From Camelus dromedarius (taxonomy: Eukaryota): a stretch of 64,000 bases of DNA. The notes below the pieces were generated by a model. The model was given only the letters and a program-made list of their open reading frames with translations. It did no database searches and was not told where the DNA came from. The stretch covers positions 39,558,001 to 39,622,000 of the forward strand of contig NC_087436.1 in NCBI RefSeq assembly GCF_036321535.1. Reading direction: 5' to 3'. Of this stretch, positions 1 through 13,880 are shown one piece after another. Numbering within the stretch: position 1 is the first letter of the stretch; every line of letters begins with the position of its first letter. The translations under genes and the position numbers were made by a program.

Positions 1-3000
1 AATGGATCTAAATACAGAACTGTTTTACAGAGAAAAATATGAGTGCTCAACCAAAAAGAAAACTTGATCAAAACAAATAATATGTACAGTTCAAAGGCAT
101 TTTAAAAGAACTTAGACAAAACATTTTTTTTAAATTCATCATAAGTAAAATAATTTCATTCCTACTAATGTATTATGCTACTGCTACATTCAACTATAAA
201 GTACCAAAGTACAGACCAGATCTGGTATAAACACTGCCTATTTGGTTAATTTTTTCCGTGTATAGCCATTTATATCCTTTAGAATAATTATAAATTTTAA
301 AAAGTATGTACATATTTCCAGATGAAAATCCTATCAAAATTTCCAAGGTCAGTTCCTGTATCCTTAACTGAGGTCAGAATTTAAATCACCAGCAGAGTGA
401 ACACAGGAATACCTGTGGCCTCAAGCTCAGAAATGTAGGACATAATAGATTTTATATAATATTCTATTTGTGTAAAATGTCAAATATAAATGAATTCAGC
501 ATATGATAATAGGTATTTCTGAAGCACCAAGGAAAATCTTTCAGAGGAAAAGGGGCCTTATTAGAGAGAACATGCAAATTTAACTTCGATATTCCTTACA
601 TTTTATGATAATGGCCTCACCCTCCACCCACACCCTCTTCAATTCATAAGCCACTAAGATTTTGGGCTACGAAGATAAGGTAGTTCAATAATTACTGAAT
701 GAGAGTCATTAACATATATGTGATGACTTCTTTTTGCAGTGTGCTGTTTTCTTTCAGTCACATAGTAAAGCTTCTAGTAGGATTCCAGTTGTCATATTAC
801 AGAGTTTGACTGGTACAACAAAGTGATATCTTGAAACTCAGGGCAGTACAGAAATCCTTTTATGTTTTCTGGAAATTGCTTTATTGGTGATATGTCATTC
901 TGGAGTCCTTTTCTTTTGGGGTAAAGACATGCACAAAAATTTTTGCAAAGTTTGATCTGCTGTCTGTTCTGGTGTATATTCTATTTGTAGAAAGTGCCAA
1001 ATATCAGGATACTTTTTAGATGCCCACACTGGTTCCAGGGGTGCTAAGGTCATACCAAATGTCTGGTGGTATCTTATTTGGTACAGGCTTGTCTCAATCT
1101 TGCTTATTCTGAGAAAGGCTCCAAAAATCACAAAAGAAGGGCAGAAGGTACTGAATTCAGTTAACTTTTAATTTTAAAAAACTGTTCCCAGTAGTCCTCA
1201 ATATCTACAATACTTTAGGCCTTGAAAACATCATGCATTTCTGGATCTTGGACCTATAATGTATTGGTTTTCCCCTGGGCCAGAGGCTCACAGAGAAAGC
1301 AGGGTCCAGTTCTTGTCTGCTTGTGTGCTCATGTTTTTCTAGTATAGTGGCTGGTACTTATAGACTCTTGAAAAATGTCTGATGAATAAATAAGAAAATA
1401 AAAAGAGTTCAGCTTCCTATCTTCAGGGCGGAAATGGGTCCACATTTGGAGAATATGAATTCAGGTTGCTCAAAGAACTGGTGAGCAAACCAGAGTGGTT
1501 TAAAATTTTGGGTGTCAAAACTAAATGCCTGCCTCATTTGCTACTCCCATAGTACCTCAGCATTTTTTTTTTTAACTGAAAGATGTGATTTTTGTAACAT
1601 TCCACACTTATTTATTTCTTAGGTTGACCCTGTATTTCCAAGTGATTTTACTCAAAGCCGGATTAAGATGTTTAGAGGTCCTAAATGTTAACAGGATTTG
1701 ATGGCTCTCTATATATCCCTCCAACCTGCCACTGCATCCCCATGTAATTATAAAAAATAATACCAAACTGTAAAAGTAGAAAATTTAACTGTTCGCATCA
1801 AACAAACATTTTCTTAGGAATCCTGATCACAAATCTTAGCTATTTTATCTAAGATGGAGTTTTCTCATTTTCATTTGCCCTGCTTTGCTTGTGCCCTAAC
1901 CCTGTGTTTAAGCTGCCTGTTAGTTAAGGCAGCCCTGATTCTACCCCATTCTCCAAGAACAGATCCTTGTCTCCAGATTAACTGTGCCTAGGCTAATTCT
2001 GTAAGTGGCCCTGATACACAGAGACACGTAATATCCAACCCTGTGGCTCTGTGGTCCTAAAGGGACTGCTGAGGGGCTGATGCTTCATAGAGAGGCAAGG
2101 CCAGCCAGAGGACAGTGGATACATTTGATGTCCTTGAGAGCAAAGCTGTAGTTATTGCTAATAGACTGACATTTGCAGTTACTATTACTTGTTATTCGTG
2201 TTAATTGCCTTTTATTAAACATATAATTTGTCAGTCAAAAGTATTTGCAGTTGGGATGTTTTTACTGATTTGTAATTAAAATCTTTCATTGCTCCTTTGC
2301 TTTCAACCTACTTATGCCATTTCTTTGTAAACTGCTTAAAGGACTTTTTGTTCCTGTTACAGTGCCTATACACTGGCTTATGAACAGCTTTTTTAAAAAA
2401 ATTGAATATTCTCAGAGATATTCTTAAGTCCTAGGGAATCCAAGTAGCATTGCATTCCTCTCCACTTCTAAAGCAGGTTTTAATCACCCCCTTTAGTCCT
2501 GATGTTAACGTCATTTTATTCTACTATATACAAGCATATATATTTGAGTCAGTGGGCAAACAGCAGCTGAAGCAGTTGATGGTTTCTTGGTTCTCACAGC
2601 TGTTGCTTAACACCACCCAATTAATCAGTGTCAAGCACTGTCCTGAAAAACTGGCGCGGAAATACATAACAATTAAAATGTACGTAAATCCTAGTAGGTA
2701 CTCAGATTATACTCAGTCCACTTCTTTAGCTTTGCATTTGGACTACTGACAAGCAAACCTTGAAGGGGTTGATATGTATAAAATAGAGATCATACAATTT
2801 GACAAGAGGGGCTAATATAGAACACCTTTCTGCTAAACTACATGCAAAATGTTTATGCTCATACTCTAGAATTATTATAAGAATTTACTCTTTTATACCA
2901 CTTTCTGCCCAGAATTTATACCTTAACAGAAAGACTTCTAGATACATTTATGACTAACATGTTTGTTTGCCACACCTCTTCCTACTATATTAATATGTTT

Positions 3001-3584
3001 TGTGTATATTTGACATTTTAACTTTTAATTTTAATTTAACTCTTCTCCTAAGATGGTTGATGTATTTCTAATTTCAAGGCCAAAAATTAAATTTTGTATA
3101 GTGTTGATAGCTTTTTGATAGCTTCTACTACTCATGAAATACCTACATATGTCTAGTTCTGTTTATTGACCTTTTGTACCAAAGCAAAGTAGACAATTCT
3201 GTATGTGAATTGTAGCATCACTTTAATGCAAAGGGCACAAGAACAGAAAGCTATGAAAGTGCTTTCTTAAGAGTAGAGAGGAATGAAATTCCTAGGTATT
3301 AGGTATTTCTCTGACTTTATATCTGTGATTACCATCAAAGATAATTAATGCAAATTGAAATTCCATGTAAGTCTTTTGAGGCGACAAGTCCCTTCATAAA
3401 AACTGAGAAAAGTTTGTTATGAATAATTTTTGTGCTCCTTCATGTTATTCCATCAGTTTTCGAGGTGCAGAGGATAACGCTTATTTGTGGCTACAAACTT
3501 GTATGCTTATATTAAATATTAGCGCTAATTTTATACTGTGCACAGTACATATACTTTTAGATTTATACTAATAACCCATCTTAC

Positions 3585-3708
3585 CAATCAATCCCCCTGT
3601 GGTAGTTATTTCTATTAAAGAACTGTACCTCCTCAAAGGTTTTTGGGCTGGGGGAGTTACTAAGGATGGAAGGATGCATAACCAGGAACAAATACAAAGC
3701 AGTGGTTC
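3585..3708 (-). CDS. NDST3: NDST3 internal coding exon F (124 nt), sulfotransferase domain
   Basis: (G)[40 protein letters not shown](W). Acceptor tcttttcag|GA, donor TG|gtaaga. Phase 1 to 2. Confidence 0.97.
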
Positions 3709-4202
3709 CTGAAAAGACAACAGAGGTTTGGAGATTAATTAAATGAAAACACAGTGTCCTACTATTAGCATTTCAAAGTCATTAATAAGCTAAATATTAC
3801 AATGATCCAAACAGATACATATAAGTACCCCTTGAATTAAATTGAATAGATAACCAGCATTTAAAAGAAGTGAATTCTAAAATACAGGGATAGTGTGATG
3901 TGAAAAGAGGCCTGTTGCAGGAACTGGGAGGACTGCTTTGGACCTCAGCTCAGTCACTGACTTGGTCTGTGACTTTAGCTTTTAGCTTTTCTGTCTTGGC
4001 TTATTAGTGGAAAATCACCTGCTGTGCTTATTTCCTAGGCTTTCTCTGAGGACGAAGAGACATATTGTACTTAAATATATTTTGATATTAATAAAGCATC
4101 ATATAAATGAAAGCTATCATTATTTAATATAAGATTATATTATCAAATTAATACTTGGGCTCCCCTATGAAGTTCTTCCTAGGCCTATGAAAGCTTATTA
4201 AC

Positions 4203-4397
4203 ATTTTTTTTCATTTTCATTTGTTGTATTTATTTATTTTTTACATTGACGTATAGTCAGTTTACAGTGTTGTGGCAGTTTCTGGGATATAGCATAATAG
4301 TTCAGTCATAGACATACATACGTATATTCATTTTCATAATCTTTTTCATTATAGGTTACTGCAAGATATTGACTATAGTTTTCTGTGCTATACAATA
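4203..4397 (-). mobile_element. LINE-1 3' end fragment
   Basis: PolyT, then acattgacgtatagtcagtttacagtgttgtg...ctatagttttctgtgctataca. Confidence 0.85.
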
Positions 4398-5289
4398 CTA
4401 AGCTTGTTGAATTTGAGACAGAATTTAAACTTTCAGCAAGTTTAACTGTGAATATACTTACATACCTATAAAAAGTAGTGTCAAAATTGTTTAAATTGCT
4501 AAATTTGAAAAAAAATTGGTGCCCTTTTTTAGTGACATAATTAACAAAATTTGCATTTTTGGAAACAGAATGGCATATCACAGGTACCCATATAGATTTG
4601 TGACTAATTGGAGAACAAGGGTGTGATTTTTTTTAAAGTGAGCAATGTATTAAATTGTTAAATTAGTGTTTTAGAGCCTAAATTACAAGCAAAAGGTTGT
4701 AACTTAGTCATATTGCTACAGGAGAGATTAAGGCAGTCTGAGTTTAGGTGCTTAACCAGATGCTTGCAACTGTAACTGTGTTTATAAGATCATAATAAAA
4801 AATTTCTACTCTATGTATTCAGTATCCCTGAGGGAGAAATATACCCTCTGTTTCCACTTCTCTACTTTAACGTGATTTACATTCTTATACAATCTGGTGG
4901 AGCAGGACGTGTTAATTGCCTTCCAGGTCAACAGCTAGCAATGGCCTTATAATAGATCTCTCACTTGGAGAAATTACTGTTCTAACTTTGCTTAGTTTTA
5001 GTATTTTGCTGCTATCTGTACCAAATTTTAAATTTTCTCATCAGTCTGATAAGCTTTGTTTAGTACTGTACTTATATCTACCGTATCAATACAACAACAA
5101 AAAATTGTTAAAATAACTCCGTCAACAGCAGTATTGTCTAAAACAATGAGGTGGAAGAGGCAGTGTTCCTAGATTATATCTGAGCCAAACAATGAACATT
5201 CTATCTATGATCATGGATAATTATAGGGAATGAAACATAGCAATCCACGATAAAGAAGTAAAAATGTTCTTCACAAGCTTGACTTAAAA

Positions 5290-5398
5290 CAGTGGTTCTC
5301 AAACTTTAGCATGGATCAGGTTCACCTGGAGGGCTGTTAATACAGAGAACTGGGCCCTATCCCAGAGTTTCTGATTTAGCACAGTTTGAGAATCCTTG
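5290..5398. mobile_element. MER5A-like hAT non-autonomous DNA transposon, internally deleted
   Basis: cagtggttctcaaact...agtttgagaatccttg terminal inverted repeats; tcacctggagggctgttaa...cccagagtttctgattt body. Confidence 0.78.
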
Positions 5399-5489
5399 AC
5401 TTAGCAGAAATGTGGGACAAAATCCAAAACTTACTGGGAAACAAAAATGTTCCATTACTTAAAATCCATAGTACAATAAAGCTTTCTAG

Positions 5490-5700
5490 AGCATGATCTT
5501 TAGAGTCAGGTAACTTCTAGGATCAGGGGTTTTATTTCTAGCACTTACCAGTTGTGTGAACTTGAACGAAAAGTATCTAACCTGAGTCTTAGTTTTCTTA
5601 TTTGTGTAATGGGGAAGAAAATACTTAGCTATCAGTGTTTTTCTAGGGTCAAGTGAGATAATCTATGTGAAAGGATCTAAATAGCTCCATATCTGAATAT
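5490..5700 (+). mobile_element. MIR SINE
   Basis: cacttaccagttgtgtgaacttg...ctgagtcttagttttcttatttgtgtaatgggg...gtcaagtgagataatctatgtgaaag. Confidence 0.7.
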
Positions 5701-6334
5701 TAGTGAGGTATTTTTTAAAATTACAATTTTAATGAGATGAAATTCAGTAATGCATTTTAAAAATGGAAAAGAATATTGTTTGTAAAGATAGAATAGCTAT
5801 TACAGTGAGAGAAAAGGAGATAAATTCCTTTCTTAGATCTACTGATAACATTCTTTTCTGAATTTTATTTTTAAGAACTGTCTTAGATTATGTTGTTTGC
5901 TCTTTTAATAGCATGATGAACATTAATAAGACAAATGGAAAATGAATATGATCTAATCATTTGCATAATCAGTAAAAGGTATACTGTAAATTATCAGTGG
6001 TCAAAAAATTAAGCTGTGAAAAAAAATTAAGTTGTGGTTTCTGAATTCTGTCTTTACCTACACATATTCTTGGGTCTGAATAAACTGTCCTGTGTGTGTG
6101 TCTCAACTACATAATCATAGACAAACACATTCAAAAAAATGCTTGAGTTTTTATATTTCTGTTAATTTCAACAGTGAAAAATTTGGATATCCAGATGATT
6201 ATACATCTATGCAACATTATTCAGAAAAATACTTTTGGCAAAACTAAAGTTAAAAATGAAGCTCTTTAATTTTTATGGAACTGATATAAGAAGATATTTT
6301 TGTCTATTTAAAAATAATCTCATAAAATATCAAT

Positions 6335-6650
6335 ATGTACAACAATATAGATGAATCTCAAAAGCATTATGCTAAGTGAGAGAAATCAAACACAAAAGAT
6401 TACACACTTCATGCTTCCGTATATGTGAAATTCTAGAAAAGGCAGAACTATAGTAGCAGAAAGTTGTCTGTGACTGAGATTGGGGTGGGGAATTTATTGG
6501 AAAAAGACATGGAGAAACTTTTTAGGGAGACAAAAGTGTTTTAAACCTTGAGTATTGTAGTGGTTACACCACTGTGTACAATTTCCAAAATTCATCAAGC
6601 TGTGCATTTAAAATGAATGAATTTCATTGCATGTAAATTATACCTCTAGA
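6335..6650 (+). mobile_element. Ancient LINE-1 (L1M-type) 3' fragment
   Basis: atgaatctcaaaagcattatgctaagtgagagaaatcaaacacaaaag...gtggttacacc...tgtaaattatacctc. Confidence 0.75.
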
Positions 6651-7911
6651 AAACTGGGGAAAAATTCAGTTTCTATAAAAAGGAGGTAAAAATTCCCTTC
6701 CAAAGGTAAACATCATATACAAATTGGAACAAACATTTGGAAACCCAGTTGAGTTTCAGATGACAAGTACTAATTCTGCCATCCAACCGTGATATTAACA
6801 TATCTGCATATCTGGCGCAACACCAGAGGAAGCCTATCCTGCAGGGCTTTCTGTAGCAAACTTGACATGCCAAGCTTCAGAGAAGATGCTCATTAACGAC
6901 AGAGCAATGTGATGACAGTGGGAGTTCACAGAGGAGACTTCAGTTTAAATGTTTTTCTAGTTGCTCCTTGACTTTAAATAAATAAGGACAAGTGAAATAA
7001 GGACAAGAGAAGTGTTTGCCATGTTTATTATTGTTTTCAGATTGATATTTGTAAATGGGACTATGAAAATGAACTGGCTAAACTTACTGTCTGTGTTACA
7101 TAGAATTCTCCCCAATTATGTCTAAAGAAATGAGGAAAGGGAGTGTATTCCCCTTTGGAAGGGATGTGGTGAAATGACTGTTTTCTGTGAAGCTAGAAAT
7201 GAAGAGCCCCAAATAATTTACTATGCGGGCTACAGCATGAATGTCTGGCATTTTAAAGCTTCTGCTGGGCTTCATTTTAATACTGATTCTTACAGAAACA
7301 AGAAGTTTATGGGGAAAAAATTGCACACTAGTTTAAGAAAATGTGTAAAAGATTTCTCCTGGGGATGGATAAATACCTTTCTTAGTGCAAAGTTTTGTTT
7401 ATGTCTGGGAATTCTGCTTGTCAAACAACCTTTACAGACTTCTAGAAAATAGTCATCCCTGCAAGAAATAGTTTAGAAATAAACCATATCAGGAAAATGC
7501 TAGAAAGAGGCTAAAGTTCTGGACAAGTCAGAGGTATTTATTATGTCTCCATCTTGACTTTTGATGAAATCTTGCCAGTCACTCTCCAAACACATGATTA
7601 GTTTTGATTTTAGAAATGTTAATAACAACACTTTTCAATTAAGATCTTTGGGGAAAAAATAATATTTGCCACCAAACTGACTGCTGGATATTCAAACTGT
7701 GTGACATCTATTTTTATCCTTTCTACTTTAAAACTTTGGCAAGCCTTTAAGCACATTATTGAGCTCAATGAAGATTATATTAGAGAATAAAATGTGTTAC
7801 ACATTCATCAATGTTTATAGGAAGTTTGAGATGTCATTGTGACAAGAACTCATTGTCCAGTCATCAAGATTTTTACACTGTTTGGTTAATCATAACATAA
7901 AAAGTTCTCAC

Positions 7912-8008
7912 CAGTTTTCTGGGGTCCTATTACCAAGAATTTTGGTAAGCGATCGCAGGTTTTTTCTTTAGACCAAATGTCTCTGTGGCGTTTGTCATCA
8001 CAGGGATT
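7912..8008 (-). CDS. NDST3: NDST3 internal coding exon E (97 nt), start of sulfotransferase domain
   Basis: [32 protein letters not shown](G). Acceptor ctcctgtttag|AAT, donor G|gtgaga. Phase 0 to 1. Carries the first half of the PAPS-binding GPQKTGTT loop. Confidence 0.97.
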
Positions 8009-8299
8009 CTAAACAGGAGAAGAATGCAGAGATGTATTTTTTGTGAGTGCCCATTGTGTACTAGAGTGTTTCATCTTCTGTCCTTGAAAAACGATCCAAG
8101 GAAACAAGGGTATGTGGCTCCTTCTTTTAAATGCAAGCCTTGAAGTGGCTTCATGGAAGATTTCAAATAACTCTTTTCCATCCTGAAGCTGCGTGTCTAC
8201 TGAGGCAGTGGGGGAGGGGTGACATTTCCATTATGGGTTAACAGCCTCACAGCACTGAGGGTTTAATATATTTTCTGCAGTTGGCATGTCTGTGTCTTA

Positions 8300-8303
<4 letters not shown>

Positions 8304-8339
<36 letters not shown>
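8304..8339 (+). repeat. (TG)18 microsatellite
   Basis: Perfect dinucleotide run read directly. Confidence 0.97.
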
Positions 8340-8340
<1 letters not shown>

Positions 8341-9294
8341 TATCTGTTTTAAAACAGTGAGCGTTGGGCAGAGACTGTGCTTCCCGCTAACATAAAAGAA
8401 GATACACTCTCAGCATTCAGTAAGTAAGTGAAATATAAGGTGTCAAATTTTTATTCTAAGTAACTCTGTTTGAGCTTTCCTGCTGTGCTTCAAAGGGATA
8501 TGGATCTCACAGTAATAATACTATTTAAAGAGATAGTAGATTCCTTTCAGCTGCCTTCAAAGATCAGTAAATGTATGTGTAAAACTATAACATTACAGAC
8601 TCTGATGCCAAAAAGCAGTAAATTAGAACAAAAGGGTAAAATGAGAGTGAATTACTACGTTAGGGAATCTGCTTTTGGTCTATGGTACTTAAACCAAACT
8701 TACTGTGCAGGATGTATCTAGAATGTCCTTAACTTTAACTACAACGTACATATTATGTAAAGAATTAACAGCACCCTTAAAACTATTTCAGGAATAGGCA
8801 AATAGGACAACACTCTATTTCTATTCAATTATTACTGTAAATTTGAGCAGTTAAACAAACTTGCTTATTTAGTATGAGGCTAAAGTGAGGGTATTCTTTT
8901 TGACTGTTGTTCTAGGAAAAAAGTGGTTTCACCTAAAATAATAATGATTTCAGTTTAAATATAAGGGATTAAATTAGCAGGGAAGTTGCATGTCTTTCCA
9001 GGGGCTAACATTTTGTGATGTTTCATCATGTTTAAGATAAAAAATATGTCTTTTTTAATCTTAACTGCAAAATAATATGCAATGATAATTCTGTAATCAC
9101 CAACTTTAACCTACTAAAATGTGTAGTTATGTTTCTTTTGGGGGTTATCTGTTTGTGTCCAGGAGGTGATAAGCTCAAGGTCAAACTAAATGAAGAGAAT
9201 GTTAGTGCTGAGCTTACTGCAAGTTCAATCTGTGAATTTACTGATTTCTACTTCTGAAGATTGTTATTATTATTCCATCAGCTCTGTCAGTAAC

Positions 9295-9525
9295 ATTCTT
9301 TGGAGCCAGGTGGCCTGAAACTCGTTCCCACTCTGTCATATAGTAGCTGTGTGACCTTGCTTCAGTGTCTCAGTCTTTCTGTACCCCAGGTTCTTCACCT
9401 GTAAAATGGGGATAATAACTATACCTACCATATAGGGTAGATGTGAGGATTAAATGAATTAACATATGTAAAGAACCCAGTCTGACACACAATAAGCATG
9501 ATGTGGTTAGGCGCTAAGATGATTA
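9295..9525 (+). mobile_element. MIR SINE
   Basis: agtagctgtgtgaccttg...ttcttcacctgtaaaatggggataataactatacctacc...gtgaggattaaatgaattaacatatgtaaag (MIR core). Confidence 0.85.
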
Positions 9526-10186
9526 CTTTCTCCAGGTCCAGGAGTGGGCAGTTTAAGCTCAAAGTATGTTTTTGCAATTCTAGGACACATGAGAGTATAA
9601 GTTTTGAAATCTGGGTTATGCCTAGAGCAGTCTGAATATGCCATATTTATGTGACATTTTCACTTAAGAAGCTCAATGCTTTTGCCACTAAGCGTCTTCC
9701 CCATGTCCAAAGTAATTCCTGACCAATACTTTTGAAAGCTGCCTATATTCTGCAGCTGCTGACGTGCCCTCTAGTTCAGAGGCAGTTCTCAGTTCTGAAC
9801 TCATCTCACCTACCATTCTAACGTCATTTAGTCATTGGTATGGAATATGCTCAAGGCTAACAAGCTGGTAACCTGCCTAACACACTCCGAAACCATCTTC
9901 TGCTGTTTTAGCCTATTGCAATCTGCAAATTGATTCCTCACTCCTGACTGAAGACATTGCATCCACTGAATCCCTCACTGAGCTTTCAGAATTCCATAAT
10001 TTCTAATGGGCATGCGCACAGAGAATTTGGCCCACTATGAAGTTTCTCAAATCTACTGACATTTTCAAAATGTACGTTATTTTCTCCTCCCAGATGCCTT
10101 CACTTTTCATATTTGGATAACCTCATAGAACTCCAAGATATGTCTGTGGGATTTATTAAGTATAGAAATTATTGACCCAATCCTAC

Positions 10187-10369
10187 CTGCCAGAGAGGGT
10201 CTTTTTGATCAGGAAAGAGCTCAAAATATTTGTGAGCCAGCTGCACTGGAGGCAGAGTCTGAAGTCGCAAGTTGGTCCAGCTCTGCACGAAGTTGGCCAG
10301 ATTCACAAAGGTATACAATCCCAGTCGGTCATTTCCATAGTTGGACAAATGGGTCATGAAAATGCTGAT
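10187..10369 (-). CDS. NDST3: NDST3 internal coding exon D (183 nt)
   Basis: [61 protein letters not shown]. Acceptor ctttttcag|ATC, donor CAG|gtagga. Phase 0-0. Lies within ORF 10169..10402. Confidence 0.97.
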
Positions 10370-11069
10370 CTGAAAAAGGCAAATGAATTTCAGTGTAAAC
10401 ACATTATTTTAACCCTAGGGGGCAGTGCAATCATAGCAATGTTAGTTTTTCTTAAGTCTTTGCACAGGGTTTAGAATCATGACATGTTTTTGAATTTTGG
10501 ACATATCCCAAATATTCTCACTATATTAATGCACACTGGAGGATTTGTTATTAGCAAGACCTAATGAGCATTTCTTGTCTGAAGTTTTAATGTATTTCAT
10601 AACAAAAACTGCCTTATACCCATGTTGATGCAAGTAGATTGATGCCTCATGATATGTGAACTATGCATAATTCCAAGGCAGTAGGATCCCAGGAGACTGG
10701 GATTTTGTAATTTCAATCAACTTAATTTAGTTTGTAATGCAGTACGTAGAGTTAAGGGGTATAAATTATCAATGAATTGTCATTATTAGCATTAATTAAA
10801 AATGCTCTGATTTGTATTTATTAGAGGTCATAATGACAAAAGACTAGTGACTGAATTTCTACTAAAATAACTCTCAACTGTTTTCCGTCAATGACACTCT
10901 GAAACCCTTGTACATATGTATTGCATCTACTATTCCCAATAAGCCTCCTTTACCTCCTTTAAGAAAAGTTTTCAATGCTCGTCTAGATAAAATAAACTTT
11001 TCCTATGAGAGCAGGTGTCCTAGATTGAATCCATGCATTGGAAAAAATTATAGCAAACATGGGGAACTT

Positions 11070-11815
11070 TTTATTTATTAAAAAAATTTTTTATTGAAGT
11101 ATAGTTGATTTACAATGTTGTGCTAGTTTGTGGTATACAGCAAAGTGATTCAGTTATATATATGTATATTTGTTTCATATTCTTTTCCATTATGGTTTAT
11201 TACAGAATATTGGATATAGTCCCCTGTGCTATACAGTAGGACCTTGTTGTTTATTTTATATATAGTAGTTTGTATCTGCTAATCCCAAACTCCTAATTTA
11301 TTCCTCTCTCACTTACCCCCTTTCCCCTTTTGTAACCATAAGTTTGTTTTCTATGTCTGTGAGTCTACTTCTGTTTTGGAAATAAGTTCACTTGTATCAT
11401 ATTTTAGATTCCATGTATAAATGATATCATATGGTATTTGTCTTTGTCTGACTTACTTCACTTACTATGATAATCTCTAGGTCCATCCATGTTACTGCGA
11501 ATGACATTATTTCATTCTTTTTTGTGGCTGAGTAGTATTCCATTGGATATATGTACTACATCTTCTTTATCCAGTCATCTGTCAATGGACGTTTAGGTTG
11601 CTTCCATGTCTTGGTTATTGTAAACAGGGCTGCTGTGTATCTTATTGTAAACAGGTGCATGTATCTTTTCAAGTTAGCGTTTTCTCTGGATATATGCCCA
11701 GGAGTGGGATTGCTGGATCATATGGTAACTCTGTTTTTAGTTTTTCAGGGAACCTCCATACTGTGTTACATAATGGCTGCACCAATTTAGATTCCCACCA
11801 ACAGTGTAAGATGCT
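11070..11815 (-). mobile_element. 5'-truncated LINE-1 (3' UTR plus end of ORF2) with TSD
   Basis: ttattgaagtatagttgatttacaatgttgtg...gggattgctggatcatatggtaactc...ttcccaccaacagtg is a typical cetartiodactyl L1 3' end. TSD catggggaactt at 11058-11069 and 11816-11827. Confidence 0.92.
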
Positions 11816-13557
11816 CATGGGGAACTTCTTATAATAAAGTAAATTTGAATTCTGTAGGTTTAATTAAATTGGCAACGTGTAGAACAGAAATTTTTAAAGC
11901 TACTAATTTTAAGTGAATGCAAATAGTTTTTGTTGGTTAGTGTTAACAAGTGGAAATAATTCTGTATAAGATTTTCAATGACAATGAAAACCACTGTGGC
12001 ATTTATGCTGCCATAAAAAGATCATAAAAATAATTCATGTGGTAATAATACTTTCCTAAAATATATAGCCATATGAGTGAATAGTAATAATGGTTATTAT
12101 AATCATCATAATAATATAATAGACTCATTCATTAAGAGACTGTAAAAAAAACATTCAAGAAAATGTATTGAGGTAAAGTGGCAGAGATGAGAGAAAGGTC
12201 TGATATAATGAATCAGAAAAAAATATAATTACAACTATGAATAAGAGGAAACAATGATATCCTATATTCTACAGAACAAATCCTGCAGACTTTCACATGA
12301 AAACCTTCAGTGTGATCAAGGATATTTAATTGTGTTTCTATTCACTCTGCCTGCATATATTTTAAATCTTAGCACTTTCACAGACAAAATACTTTGAGGG
12401 TGATTTTAAATAGCTGCCAACAGACTGATGCAGTCATGGAATTGATAAGTAAGACTTTTGGGGTATTTGTGAAAAATTAATCTTTTAAAATTTAATCTTC
12501 TGGTTATTTTTTTATAGTAGCTTCAATTGTTTGACCCTCCCCACCTCCTTTTTTCTTCCAAAATTTATCAAAACAGTAGGCTATTGAGAGACTTAAGAGA
12601 ATCATACTTAAATTTGGAAGTTCTTTTTTTAATGTCTGTTAGAGGCAGTCTTTCATCATTTGTTTTATATGCCACATTTTTTAATGGCGCCCAATAACAA
12701 TGGCAAAATGATACTTCAAGTTTCCTTTCTATTAACATTTTTTTCATATAATGTAAAAAAAAGTATATGTTAATCTGGTTAGCCAGTAGTTCAAATTTCT
12801 TGCTTTATTTTTTGAAAGATTTATCAAAAAATCTATGTCTGTATTTCACTTGAATAATATCTGTATTGGACAGACAAAGAAAAATTTAGTGATACTGTGT
12901 GACTTCCTGATACTAATATGTTTGATCTCCCTTTGAATTTACTTTTCAACTTTGGAAAGCATTTTATGCTCTGACATTTACAGCAGAGTGCCACTTTTTT
13001 ACTTCTATGAGTTTAGAAAGTGAAAAAGGCTACTTTCTCTGGTAAAAACAGAAGTGACCCAAAGTGAGTTATAAGCTAGCTAATGACATTGCTTCTGCTT
13101 AATACTTATAAGGTGTTGAATTTAATCTTATAAAAGAAAAGCTACTTAACCTCCAACCATGAGGAAAACTTTCCTAGGTTTTCAATTCTATTTTTATATA
13201 TCTACCTTAACTTAATGCAAAGTGCACCATGAACAAAAGGAATGTTTCAAAGTGATGGTTTTGTAATGCGTGTCACCTTGCGACACTTCTAGACTTTGGA
13301 CTCAACTTGGGATTTGCTTTGTGTTCTTAAAGAAATACAATGCTGTAAGAGGAGTATAATTGGTCAGGATATAAAACACTTCAGTTTCTTTTTAAACTTA
13401 TTTTTGCAGGGTGAATCACAGTTTTCTCTTTACCCATGGAGTATTTATTGTATGTATGTTTTGCTGAACTAATAACCTCTCCAAGTTTTCTTTATTATTT
13501 TTCAGTTAGAAAGGTATGCGCAACAAATAATAGGACAGGTGCAATGAGAAGGTTTTG

Positions 13558-13880
13558 GTAAAAAAAAAATGACACAAATGAACTTATTTACAAACCAGAA
13601 ACAGACTCACAGATATAGAAAGCAAACTTATGGTTACTAGAGGGGAGAGGGAGTGGGAAGGGATAAATTTGGAGTTCAAAATTTGCAAATATTAACTACT
13701 ATATATAAAACCGATAAACAGGTTTCTTCTGTATGGCACAGGGAACTATATTCGATATCTTATAGTAATCCATAGTGAAAAAGAATATGAAAACAAATAT
13801 ATGTATGTATATGTATGATTAGACTATTATGCTGTACTCCAGAAATGGACACAATACTGTAAACTATAATTCAAAAAAAA
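13558..13880 (+). mobile_element. LINE-1 3' end fragment
   Basis: gacacaaatgaacttatttacaaaccagaaacagactcacaga...gcacagggaactatattc...A-tail. Homologous to the 11070 element in the opposite orientation. Confidence 0.88.

Noticed and set aside
895..1131. Possible next NDST3 exon or pseudogene fragment
   Set aside because: The translation does not match the expected YMDFFP... continuation. I did not find that exon in 1-3584, so it probably lies beyond the window.
6980..7009. Short tandem duplications (aaataaggacaag x2; also atattagtga x3 near 51250-51291)
   Set aside because: Ordinary slippage-scale duplications with no further structure.
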